Below are positions 25,980 through 35,325 of a DNA stretch of 64,000 bases, piece by piece (position 1 is the stretch's first letter; the number at the start of each line of letters is the position of its first letter). The stretch covers positions 5,501 to 69,500 of the forward strand of contig JAZDFD010000001.1 in NCBI GenBank assembly GCA_043808155.1, in the 5' to 3' direction. Below the pieces are notes generated by a model that did not search any database, was not told the origin of the DNA, and worked only from the letters and a program-made list of their open reading frames with translations. This DNA is from Candidatus Iainarchaeum sp. Lineage in GTDB: Archaea; Iainarchaeota; Iainarchaeia; Iainarchaeales; JAZDFD01. The position numbers and the translations under genes are program-made.

Positions 25980-26917
25980 ACACATTAAAAGGACGGGATT
26001 TTTTAACACTGCAGGATTTTTCTAAAAAGGAAATTGCGAAAATGTTAGACAGAGCAGAAAATCTAAAATCAAGATATGCACGCGGCGGAGGCGCTAAAAA
26101 ACTCCTGAAGGGAAAAACACTTGCAATGCTTTTTATGAAACCCTCAACTCGAACACGGGTTTCATTTGAAACAGGAATGTATCAGCTGGGAGGGCATGCA
26201 ATTTTTTTGAATAAAGACCATACGCAAATTGGAAGGGGCGAGAGTGTTAAGGACACGGCGCTGGTGCTTTCACGATATGTTGATGGCGTAATGGCAAGAG
26301 TTTATGAGCACGAGTATTTGAAAGAGTTTGCAAAATGGTCTAGCGTCCCTGTGATTAATGGGCTTAGCAATTTTTTACACCCCTGTCAGGCTTTAAGTGA
26401 TCTTTTTACAATACAGGAAACTGTTGGAAAATTAAAGGGAGTTAATGTTTCCTATGTCGGAGAAGCAAATAATGTGTCAAATTCATTAATGATTGGCTGT
26501 TCAAAAATGAGTGTTGATTTTACAATTTATTCTCCAAAGCAATTTCCTGTGAATGAAACAATTTTGAAATATGCAAGAAAAAATGCGGAAGAATCTGGCG
26601 CTGAAATTTTAGTAAAAACAAAAATAGATGCAACGCTTGAAAACTCAAAATTCATTTATACTGATACATGGGAATCAATGCACCAAAGATTTGATAAAAA
26701 AGAACTTGAAAGAATAATGGCACCATTCCAAGTTAATGAATGCATGATGAAGACTCTGAAAAAAAGAAGAAAAATGTTTTATTTCATGCACGATCTCCCT
26801 GCACACAGAGGACATGAAATTACTTCAGAAGTAATGGATTCAAAATATTCAATAATTTTCAGACAGGCCGAAAACAGACTGCATGCACAGAAAGCATTAA
26901 TGAGTTTAATTCTTTAA
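25976..26917 (+). CDS. argF: Ornithine carbamoyltransferase family protein
   Basis: Carbamoyl-phosphate motif STRTRVSFE and ornithine-site DTWESM. The usual HCLP motif reads HDLP here. Confidence 0.8.
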   Translation: MNTLKGRDFLTLQDFSKKEIAKMLDRAENLKSRYARGGGAKKLLKGKTLAMLFMKPSTRTRVSFETGMYQLGGHAIFLNKDHTQIGRGESVKDTALVLSRYVDGVMARVYEHEYLKEFAKWSSVPVINGLSNFLHPCQALSDLFTIQETVGKLKGVNVSYVGEANNVSNSLMIGCSKMSVDFTIYSPKQFPVNETILKYARKNAEESGAEILVKTKIDATLENSKFIYTDTWESMHQRFDKKELERIMAPFQVNECMMKTLKKRRKMFYFMHDLPAHRGHEITSEVMDSKYSIIFRQAENRLHAQKALMSLIL

Positions 26918-27313
26918 TCACTGACCAGTGATTTTAATATAAAAATTTCTTAATCTCGGACCATCGAATTCACAAAAGAAAATGCTCTGCCAGGTTCCCA
27001 AAATTAGATTTGATTCGTGAATGGGAATTGTTACAGAGTTTCCAATAAGTGAAGATTTGATATGCGCATCTGAGTTTCCTTCTGAATGTAAATAATTTTC
27101 ATCTTTAGGAATTAGCATTTCAAGTTTTCTGCTTATGTCAAGAACAACAGCAGGATCTGCACCTTCATTAATTGTAATGCCTGCAGTTGTGTGCGGTATG
27201 TAAACTGTGCAAAAACCATTTTTAACATCTGATTCGGAAATTGCTCTCTGCACATCTTTTGTAACATCTATAAAATCTGTTCTTTCACGCGTGCTTAATG
27301 TTATTTTTTTCAT
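26918..27313 (-). CDS. YjbQ/UPF0047 family protein
   Basis: Conserved C-terminal LGTWQSIFFCEFDGPR pattern. Confidence 0.7.
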   Translation of the reverse strand: MKKITLSTRERTDFIDVTKDVQRAISESDVKNGFCTVYIPHTTAGITINEGADPAVVLDISRKLEMLIPKDENYLHSEGNSDAHIKSSLIGNSVTIPIHESNLILGTWQSIFFCEFDGPRLRNFYIKITGQ

Positions 27314-27346
27314 ATAGTCACATGCCTGTTCAATTCACAAATAAAT

Positions 27347-28639
27347 TCAAGGATATAATCTGTTCATTGTTCTTGGATAAGGAATTACATCTTTTATGTG
27401 TTCTAATTTGCATAACCATGTTGTTAATCTTTCAATACCCAAACCAAAACCTGAGTGTTGTATTCCGCCGAATCGTCTCAAATCAACATACCATTGATAT
27501 GGTTTTGGATCAATATTCTGAGATTTCATTCTGCTTAAAATTTCATCCATATTCCAGCATCTTTCACCTGAACCAATTATTTCACCATATCCTTCAGGTG
27601 CTAGAATATCATTACATAAAAGATACTTTGGATTTTCAGGATCAGGTCTGTGATAAAATGGTTTTAGTTTTGCAGGATAATGAGTTACGATAATCGGTGT
27701 TTTGAAATCTTTAGTAATTTCACGCTCTTCTTTTTCTCCTAAATCTGACCCGTGTTTTAACTTTGGAAATTTCTTTTGAGCTTCTTTCAGAATCTCATCA
27801 TAAGTATATCTTGGCCATTTCTTAGTTATGGTGGGTTCTAAATCCTTTGGGTTTCTGCCTAATGCTTTGAGCTCTTTTTCATTATTTTCAATAACTTTTT
27901 TTGCCATGAATTTAACCATCATCTCCTCAAAATCAAGCAGTTCAGATAGCCCCATCCATGCAAATTCACCCTCTGCATGCCAGAATTCTGTCACGTGACG
28001 GCGCGTTCTGCTTTTTTCTGCTCTGAAGGACGGAGCGATAGTATAAACATCTCCATGGGAGAAAATAAAGGTTTCAAGATAGAATTGGGAACTCTGAGTA
28101 AGATATGCTTTTTTGCCGAAATATGGCACTTCAAAGAGTGTTGAACCACCCTCCACAGCACCAGTGACAAACATCGGACCCTGAACTTCAAGTACATTTC
28201 TTTCTTTCATAAACTCCCTGAAAGCCTCAAGAACTGTTGCTTTTACTTTCAAAGCATCAGTCATTTTTGAGGAGCGCATCCAGAGATGTCTTACATCTAA
28301 AATAAATGCTTCACTTAAATCTCTCTGGATTGGAAATTCATCTGCTAAAGAAATTATTTCAATATCATCTGCAACTAATTCAAAACCATTTGGCGCTCGT
28401 TTATCTTCTTTCAAAGTTCCTGAAAGTGAAACACTGGATTCAATTGTTGATTCTTCTGCTTTTTCCCAGATTTCATTTTTTAAATCAGGTTTTGCAAAAA
28501 CACATTGCATTTCATTTGTTGTATCTCGGAGAAGAATGAAAATTTTCTCTCCAAACGCACGTTTTCTTTTAACCCATCCACGTAATTTGAACTTTCCTTT
28601 TTTCTTTTTTAAAGCTTGGTTGATTGTTGTAAATTCCAT
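27347..28639 (-). CDS. asnS: Asparaginyl-tRNA synthetase
   Basis: Class IIb motifs: YLTQSSQFYLE, FRAEKSRTRRHVTEFWHAE (AsnRS-type) and GFGLGIERL. Confidence 0.8.
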   Translation of the reverse strand: MEFTTINQALKKKKGKFKLRGWVKRKRAFGEKIFILLRDTTNEMQCVFAKPDLKNEIWEKAEESTIESSVSLSGTLKEDKRAPNGFELVADDIEIISLADEFPIQRDLSEAFILDVRHLWMRSSKMTDALKVKATVLEAFREFMKERNVLEVQGPMFVTGAVEGGSTLFEVPYFGKKAYLTQSSQFYLETFIFSHGDVYTIAPSFRAEKSRTRRHVTEFWHAEGEFAWMGLSELLDFEEMMVKFMAKKVIENNEKELKALGRNPKDLEPTITKKWPRYTYDEILKEAQKKFPKLKHGSDLGEKEEREITKDFKTPIIVTHYPAKLKPFYHRPDPENPKYLLCNDILAPEGYGEIIGSGERCWNMDEILSRMKSQNIDPKPYQWYVDLRRFGGIQHSGFGLGIERLTTWLCKLEHIKDVIPYPRTMNRLYP

Positions 28640-28647
28640 AATCTCAC

Positions 28648-29964
28648 TTAAGGTAAAATTCTTTCAGTATCTCTTGGGAAGAGAACAACCTCTCTTATGT
28701 TTTCAATATTAAGTAATGTTTTTGTTATTCTTTCAATTCCAATTGCAAAACCGCCGTGCGGTGGAACACCATATTTGAAAAATTTAGTAAACCATTCTAA
28801 ACTTTTTTCTGACATTCCTGATGCATGCAACTGTGAAATGATTTTATCGTATCTGTGTTCACGCTGACCCCCAGAACTTAATTCAGTGCCTCTGAAATTT
28901 AAGTCTACGCTTCTTGCGTAATCTGGTTCATCATCAACACGCATTACATAAAATGGTTTTATTGCAGAGGGGAATCTGTTGAAGAAATAAAATTCTGATT
29001 TGTGTTTTTTCTGCACATATTCCCAGAAAATATTATTTGCTTCTGCATCTAAGTCTTCGCCTCTTTTAATTTTGCATCCTTCTTTTTCTAAAATATTGTA
29101 AATTTCAGGAAATCTGAATTCAGGAAATGGTTTTGTGGGAACGTTTACTTTCACACCAAGTAATTCTAATTCTGCTTTGCAGTCTTTGTTTACTTTTGTC
29201 ATTGCAGAAATAATCAAATCTTCCTGAAGTCTTATTGTGTCAGTTTCATCATTGAGGAACGCCATTTCTGCGGCAACAACTCTGTGTTCTGAGAGATGCT
29301 GAGTTGTGTGTGATTTTTCAGCTCTCCAGCATGGGCCAATATCAAATACTTTTTCAATTCCTGATGCAATTGATAATTGTCTGTGCAACTGCGGGTCCTG
29401 TCTTAAGAATACTTTTTTATCATTGTGATAATTTACTGAAAAAACTTCTGAACCAGATTCAGAAGGTGCACCCATTAAACAGGGAGTGAATACTTGTGTG
29501 AAATCTTGTTTTAGGAGTTCGTCTCTCATTCCTTCAAGAAGTTTTGATTCAATCTTTATTATTGCCTGGTTTTCAGGAGTTCGTAAATCAATACATCTCC
29601 AGTCTAATCTGCTGGGCAATTCTGACTTTATTTTTCCGCTGATGTCAAGAGGTACGGGTGTTTCAGCACGTGCTAGTAATTCAACTTTTGAGGGGATTAA
29701 TTCAACTCCGTTTGGGGCTTGTTTTTCTGCTTTCAATTCTCCAGTGATTATTACTACGCTTTCTTTTGTCAGATTGTTCAATTCTGAGAAAAGTTCTTCA
29801 GATACATTTGCTTTGTGAGCAGTGACTTGTACATAACCAGTTTTGTCCCTTATTTTCACAAACTTCAGTTTCCCAAAATCACGGATTTCAAAGACCCATC
29901 CCGCGATAGTTGCCTTTTTTCCGGCTAATTTCTTGTTTAATTCGTTTGCGTATAGTCTTTTCAC
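28648..29964 (-). CDS. aspS: Aspartyl-tRNA synthetase (archaeal type)
   Basis: N-terminal OB-fold region AGWVFEIRDFGKLKFVKIRD, plus CWRAEKSHTTQHLSEH and C-terminal GGFAIGIERI...VLFPRD. Confidence 0.8.
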   Translation of the reverse strand: MKRLYANELNKKLAGKKATIAGWVFEIRDFGKLKFVKIRDKTGYVQVTAHKANVSEELFSELNNLTKESVVIITGELKAEKQAPNGVELIPSKVELLARAETPVPLDISGKIKSELPSRLDWRCIDLRTPENQAIIKIESKLLEGMRDELLKQDFTQVFTPCLMGAPSESGSEVFSVNYHNDKKVFLRQDPQLHRQLSIASGIEKVFDIGPCWRAEKSHTTQHLSEHRVVAAEMAFLNDETDTIRLQEDLIISAMTKVNKDCKAELELLGVKVNVPTKPFPEFRFPEIYNILEKEGCKIKRGEDLDAEANNIFWEYVQKKHKSEFYFFNRFPSAIKPFYVMRVDDEPDYARSVDLNFRGTELSSGGQREHRYDKIISQLHASGMSEKSLEWFTKFFKYGVPPHGGFAIGIERITKTLLNIENIREVVLFPRDTERILP

Positions 29965-30021
29965 GAAAATTCCCCTTTATTATATATACAAGAGGTTTTT
30001 ATAAAGTGTTTTGGGGATTTT

Positions 30022-31017
30022 TCAGAATTCCCCAATTGTTTTCTGCCCTGCGTCTACAAGGGCGCGTGCAGGGATTTTGAGTCTTCTCTGTACGTAAGCA
30101 GCAAATTCTTTGTCATAGCCGTGCATTGTAAGAACTAATTTTGGGTTTGATTCCTTTACATATTGCATAAGTTGACTGAAATCAGCATGATCTGAAAGAG
30201 AAAATAATTTGTCATATGAACTTCCCCTCTGCCAGCCAGTTGCGAATGCAGTGAAAATCTTTTTTCCTGTGGAATAGGAAAGTGACTGCGCAAGACCTTT
30301 CTTCACAAGTGAGGGGGGAATGATGATCACATTGCTTTCTTTAAGGTTGTGATTTAATTTTATGTAATCACCCAAATGTACGCTGTGGTTTTCATAAATT
30401 TTATTTATTTCAAAAACCGAATCATGAACTAAGGGTGCGATTCCTGCATATTCATTACAAACTGCAGTTAATTCCTGTGCTTTTCCAATCGAATAACCTG
30501 CGAGAAGAACAAGCCCCTGCTTTGCGTTTTGTTTTATCCATGTTCCCATTTCATTATAGGTTTCTTCCCGCTCAGGAAATTCAAAACAGGGAATTCCAAA
30601 AGTACATTCAATAACTAAAATATCAGAATCTAAAACCTCTCCGCGTTTCATGAAAAGTGAGTCCTGAAGTTTGAAATCAGAGGTGATTACAATTCGTTCT
30701 GATTTTTTATTGTTCTCAACCAGAATTTGCGATGAGCCTAAAATATGACCTGAGTTATGCATACTCAGGGAGCAGCCATTTATTGGGATTTTTTCACCAA
30801 AATCAGCTGTCTGGCAGTTCTCAATTGGACCATAACGCGCTTCAACTAAATCTTTAGTTGCGTGTGACATTAAATATTTTGATTTTTTGTTTAAAGCTAC
30901 ATGGTCAGAATGCGCATGGGTAATGAATGCGTTTTTTGCCTTTGTTCTTGCGGAAGTATCTACTGCAAGCTCAGAATCCCTGCCAATGTTAATACCTCTG
31001 TCGTGAAAAATCTCCAT
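30022..31017 (-). CDS. Beta-CASP family MBL-fold nuclease (short form)
   Basis: HxHxDH as THAHSDH, with downstream beta-CASP motifs DFK, SDHAD and TMHG. Confidence 0.65.
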   Translation of the reverse strand: MEIFHDRGINIGRDSELAVDTSARTKAKNAFITHAHSDHVALNKKSKYLMSHATKDLVEARYGPIENCQTADFGEKIPINGCSLSMHNSGHILGSSQILVENNKKSERIVITSDFKLQDSLFMKRGEVLDSDILVIECTFGIPCFEFPEREETYNEMGTWIKQNAKQGLVLLAGYSIGKAQELTAVCNEYAGIAPLVHDSVFEINKIYENHSVHLGDYIKLNHNLKESNVIIIPPSLVKKGLAQSLSYSTGKKIFTAFATGWQRGSSYDKLFSLSDHADFSQLMQYVKESNPKLVLTMHGYDKEFAAYVQRRLKIPARALVDAGQKTIGEF

Positions 31018-31140
31018 CTAAACCACTAAAAAAATTAAAGCATTAATAATAAAACATTCAGAAATAAAAACCCAACGTCAGGAATATAAAGAACCTTGTG
31101 TTAATATTAGTGAAATCCTGGGAAGAGGCTTTGATTCCAA

Positions 31141-32259
31141 ATGTCAAACATAAATAACACATTTAACAAATTAATAAATTCTATTGATGACATAGACAAG
31201 GAACTACTTAAAACCCGCTGGAAAGACATGACAAGAAATCTTTTCGTTAACACTCTGGAAAATAGTGTTACGTCTCTTAAAGAAAGCCAAGCACTACTAA
31301 AAGAGCTTAATTCTCAGCTTAGTTCTTTGGATACAGATGCACCTTCACTTGCAGTGATACTTAATGAGTTTGAAAAAACAATTATTGTTTTAGAGAAGAA
31401 TTTGAAATTAGAGAAAGGGAAAACGCACTCAGGAGATTCAGTTGTTAATATTACTTCAATTTCAGAAGTTCCTGAATTATATGCTTCATTAGAGCACAAA
31501 ATACTTGAACTTCTTCTGAAAACGCGCTATGTTTTGGAAGATGTGGATTTGTTTTTGAGAAAGGAACAAATCACACCTGTGGATGAAAAAGCAGGTGCAA
31601 AAAACCTTGTTGAAATTCTCAGAAAACGTGATGAGGAAATGCGTGAATTAAAAGACAATCTTGAGAAACTGAAAAAGAAAAGTTTCTTTGGCTACATTCA
31701 TGAGGAAAGCCCTGCAGATATTGAAAAGGAGGTTCATGAACTTGCAAAAAAACTAGAAATAAACCTTGAACAGATGAAAAATAATTATTCATCTTATGGC
31801 GACAGGCTTGAAAGCATGGCACATAATTTTTCACTTCTGAAAGAAAAAATAAAAGCTGTTGAAGAAATGTTTGATCAGTTTTCAGAAAAAAGTGAAGAAC
31901 TTACACGCATTCTGAAAAAGGAAAGAGATTATGCTAAAAAAATTGTTTTAGAAGCAGATGGTGAAACCGGCAGAGTAAGAAGAAGTTATACACAAGAACT
32001 CCTGGGTATGCAGAAGGAAAAAGTCAAAGTACGTGAAGATTCAGAACTGAAATACAGAAAACAGATTGATGAAATAAAAAAGGACATTTCTGAAAAAGAC
32101 AAAATGCTTAAAGAATTTACAGACATGCTTTCCAGAAGAGAGCACAAAATAGATGAACTTGAAGAAAGGAATAAAGAATTGAGGCTTTTACTGAAAGCTG
32201 GAGAAACCCATGCAAAAGCCAAAAAGACGTTCAAACAGAAAGCAAAACACAAAGAATAA
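31141..32259 (+). CDS. Coiled-coil hypothetical protein
   Basis: Highly charged E/K/L-rich heptad-like sequence throughout. Confidence 0.4.
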   Translation: MSNINNTFNKLINSIDDIDKELLKTRWKDMTRNLFVNTLENSVTSLKESQALLKELNSQLSSLDTDAPSLAVILNEFEKTIIVLEKNLKLEKGKTHSGDSVVNITSISEVPELYASLEHKILELLLKTRYVLEDVDLFLRKEQITPVDEKAGAKNLVEILRKRDEEMRELKDNLEKLKKKSFFGYIHEESPADIEKEVHELAKKLEINLEQMKNNYSSYGDRLESMAHNFSLLKEKIKAVEEMFDQFSEKSEELTRILKKERDYAKKIVLEADGETGRVRRSYTQELLGMQKEKVKVREDSELKYRKQIDEIKKDISEKDKMLKEFTDMLSRREHKIDELEERNKELRLLLKAGETHAKAKKTFKQKAKHKE

Positions 32260-32279
32260 ATTACACAAAGTTCTAATTA

Positions 32280-33785
32280 TTGCGTGATTTTATGGGATTT
32301 GATGATTCACGATTTGATATGTATGATAATGTAGGTTCCAGAAATGAAGATTATGATGCAGAACCTAGCCAGATAGATGCTGTGAAGCAGTATTTGCCAA
32401 AAATTGTCATTGCTATTGTTGTTCTTGCAGTTGCATATTTTGCCTATGATTATTTTATTGGAAGCGTGACTGAAGTTAGTTTTGATATTGAAAATACAGA
32501 AGGCAACAAAATAAACAGCACAATTTTAGTTTATGATTCTCAGAATAATGAAGCATATAACAGTTCTTCAGGTAATAAAGCAAATTTGAGATTTGGAGAT
32601 TACACTTACGAAGTTACTGCAAACGGTTATAAACAAGAGATGGGTGATTTCACAATAAGTGCAAATAATAAATCTGTTAAAATTGAAATAGAAAAAGATA
32701 TGGATATTGAATTTGGTGCTGTTTCCTTTGCAGGGGGTTTGAGTCTTACAAGTCCTTTGCAGGGAACTGTTGAACTCAAAAATAATGATTCTGAAACTCA
32801 TGCAGTTGAGCTTGTTTTTGAAGGTGATTTTGATGAATATGATGTTATCATATTTCCTTCAACTGCATCTGTCCCTGGAAACGGGAACTCCATAGTTAAT
32901 GTTACTGCAACTCCAAAAGAAGGGACTGAAATTAAAAAAAGCAGTGGTGATTCTAAAAAAGGAACTATAAGAGTCAAATATTTAAACAGTGAGAAAGCTA
33001 TACACGAAGTTAATTTCAAACTTTATAAAGAAACTGAGATTGATACTCCTTCTAAAGTTACACTTAGTGTGAAATATAATGATTCAGACAATAAAAATGT
33101 GAAAATAGAAAATGATAATGATTTTGAAATAAAGAATGTTAAACTCGAACTTGATATTTTAGGTTCAACAATTAATGACACAGATGACATTTTAAGCTGG
33201 ATTTCATTTCCTTATGGTTCGGAAATAGATTCAATCCCTGCAAAAGGAGAACATGAATTTAAAATTCAGATTGATACACCACTTGATGCAAAAAAAGAAG
33301 ACATTGAAGCACAGATACGCGTAACATCAGCCTCAACAGATGAAACAATTACAATTGAACTCAGTATTAAAATTACTGATGAAGCTGAAACCGCACTTGA
33401 AGTTTCAATCAGTTCAAGCGCGCAAAATATTGAAATTGAATGGGACATAGAATCAGAGAAATTTGAAAAAGTTGAAAAATACAATCTTGAAATTGATAAC
33501 AAAGGCGACGTAACTATTTCAGAGATTCAGATTTCTGTTAAAAACAATGCAGAATGCATTACTTCCTGGTTAAGTATTTTATCACCTGCTGTTGGCACTC
33601 TCACTGCAGGCGATGATACTGAAGTTCCAATCACAATTTCTGCACCAAACGCAGTTTATGGGAAAGAAGCAAATTCTATTTCATGTGAGTTTGAAATTTC
33701 ATATGATGACCCCTTTGGTGGACCGCGTATAAAACAGGCGGTTCCCCAAAACATCCAAATAACTGCAAACTGGGAGGATGTGTAA
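32280..33785 (+). CDS. Membrane-anchored surface protein, hypothetical
   Basis: Single N-terminal TM (IVIAIVVLAVAYFAY) followed by a ~440-aa beta-rich ectodomain. Confidence 0.4.
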   Translation: MRDFMGFDDSRFDMYDNVGSRNEDYDAEPSQIDAVKQYLPKIVIAIVVLAVAYFAYDYFIGSVTEVSFDIENTEGNKINSTILVYDSQNNEAYNSSSGNKANLRFGDYTYEVTANGYKQEMGDFTISANNKSVKIEIEKDMDIEFGAVSFAGGLSLTSPLQGTVELKNNDSETHAVELVFEGDFDEYDVIIFPSTASVPGNGNSIVNVTATPKEGTEIKKSSGDSKKGTIRVKYLNSEKAIHEVNFKLYKETEIDTPSKVTLSVKYNDSDNKNVKIENDNDFEIKNVKLELDILGSTINDTDDILSWISFPYGSEIDSIPAKGEHEFKIQIDTPLDAKKEDIEAQIRVTSASTDETITIELSIKITDEAETALEVSISSSAQNIEIEWDIESEKFEKVEKYNLEIDNKGDVTISEIQISVKNNAECITSWLSILSPAVGTLTAGDDTEVPITISAPNAVYGKEANSISCEFEISYDDPFGGPRIKQAVPQNIQITANWEDV

Positions 33786-33788
33786 ATA

Positions 33789-34235
33789 ATGACTATGACA
33801 CATTCAGATTTGTTTGGCAAGAAAATAGTTATTAGGAGTTTTTTTGTTACGCCCTTGATTTTTTTATTTATTGTTTTAGTAATGAGTTCTAATCCCAGCT
33901 TTGGAAATATAAGCGACATACAAAAAGCTGTGCTCCCATTTATTGCAATAACGTTTGCATTAGTGGGAATTATATCTAATGTTTTTGCTAGATTTACACT
34001 TGAGCAACAATTAAAAAATACAGAACAGGATTTTCCAATACTACTAATAATGATGACTTTTTCAGAAATACCAGTAATTTTAGGTTTGATTCTTACAATA
34101 CTGCTTGAAGAAATAATATACTTCTTTGGATTTTTTGTTTTAACATATTTACTAATGTTATGGAATTTCGGTCTTGTAAAAAACTGGGAACAGAAGATGC
34201 AAGAAGACCAAGACCAAACGGGGATGTATGCATAG
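33789..34235 (+). CDS. Hypothetical integral membrane protein
   Basis: Four predicted TM helices. Confidence 0.35.
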   Translation: MTMTHSDLFGKKIVIRSFFVTPLIFLFIVLVMSSNPSFGNISDIQKAVLPFIAITFALVGIISNVFARFTLEQQLKNTEQDFPILLIMMTFSEIPVILGLILTILLEEIIYFFGFFVLTYLLMLWNFGLVKNWEQKMQEDQDQTGMYA

Positions 34236-34387
34236 CCCCTGGGGATATTCACACACAGGGGACTCCATTCGCGATAATCCAACCAAACTTTACGAGAATA
34301 GTGAGATCACAACAACTTATCTGATGAGTAAAATAAACAAGTCTGCAAAGGAAATCCTTATATATCATTTGTATACCTATTTGATGT

Positions 34388-34654
34388 ATGAGCAATAAAA
34401 TGATTAATTTGAGATTGGGCAATCGTCTTATCCAAGAGATTGACAAAGCAGTAAAAGAAGAGCTTTACGAGAACAGAACTGAATTTATAAGAGCAATTTT
34501 AAGGGAAAAACTCAAAGAACGAAAAACAGAGAAATTAATCCAGAATTTGAAGAAAAGACAGGGCGAGGGAAAGCGATTGGGGATCAAAGACCCTTCAGAA
34601 GAAGAGTTCAGAAAAATCAGGGAAAATACATGGGATAAATTACATGAATCATAA
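34388..34654 (+). CDS. Ribbon-helix-helix (CopG-like) DNA-binding protein
   Basis: N-terminal MINLRLGNRLIQEIDKAV...NRTEFIRAILRE matches the RHH beta-strand plus helix pattern. Confidence 0.55.
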   Translation: MSNKMINLRLGNRLIQEIDKAVKEELYENRTEFIRAILREKLKERKTEKLIQNLKKRQGEGKRLGIKDPSEEEFRKIRENTWDKLHES

Positions 34655-35077
34655 TTCTTCAGGAAGAAAAGATTTTGTAATGTGATTGAGTTTCTCAAAA
34701 TGCTTATCTCTAGAAACGACAATTGCACCATAATCTCTTGCAAGTACTGCGCACAAAGAATCTGTTTTAGGAATGTTGAATTTCTTGGAAATTTTCCTAG
34801 CTTCTTCAACTTGCGTATCAGAAGAATCAATAAATTCAATTTTCTTCGCATTCAGCAATTCTTTAAACACGGTATTTTGCAGATGTGATTCATTACAATT
34901 CAATATGTTTTTAATTTCAAAAACAACGTCCTTTGGAATAATCAGAAAATATTTACAACTTACTGCGTTATTGAAAAACTGAAATGCGAATTCGCCAAGC
35001 GGTTTAATTGAATCTTTTCTATCAAAATAATAATCAAGAAAAATATTTGAATCCACAAAGACTCTCTCAGCAACCAT
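34649..35077 (-). CDS. PIN-domain (VapC-like) nuclease
   Basis: VFVDSNIFLDY at the N-terminus and AIVVSRDKHF near the C-terminus give the PIN acidic tetrad pattern. The gene is convergent with, and overlaps by 6 nt, the RHH gene. Confidence 0.65.
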   Translation of the reverse strand: MVAERVFVDSNIFLDYYFDRKDSIKPLGEFAFQFFNNAVSCKYFLIIPKDVVFEIKNILNCNESHLQNTVFKELLNAKKIEFIDSSDTQVEEARKISKKFNIPKTDSLCAVLARDYGAIVVSRDKHFEKLNHITKSFLPEEL

Positions 35078-35144
35078 AAAAAAATATTTGTTTTTACATT
35101 TAAAAATAGATTAGCAAGAGCTCATTTCCGGTGAACTTAAAAAA

Positions 35145-35216
35145 AGCCCCTGGGGAGATTCGAACTCCCGATCCCTTGTTTACGAAACAAGTGCTTTACC
35201 ACTAAGCCACAGAGGC
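35145..35216 (-). tRNA. tRNA-Thr (anticodon CGT)
   Basis: Acceptor GCCTCTG pairs with CAGGGGC, D-arm GCTT..AAGC, anticodon stem CTTGT pairs with ACAAG, loop TTCGTAA, T-arm GGGAG-TTCGAAT-CTCCC. Confidence 0.8.
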
Positions 35217-35256
35217 GCGCTTGATGACGATAATATCTTTGTCAATAAAAATAATT

Positions 35257-35325
35257 ATATATTACCGTGGGATTGAACAAAGTGAAATCCCACATATATT
35301 CGCACTCGCCGGGCGCGACGGCGAA
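35257..35325 (+). repeat. Composite two-hairpin repeat, copy 5 (atatattaccg - hairpin tgggatt..aatccca - catatat - GC box cactcgccgggcgcgacggcg)
   Basis: About 40 nt from the tRNA-Thr 5' end and abutting the glyS stop. Same architecture as the other copies. Confidence 0.55.
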
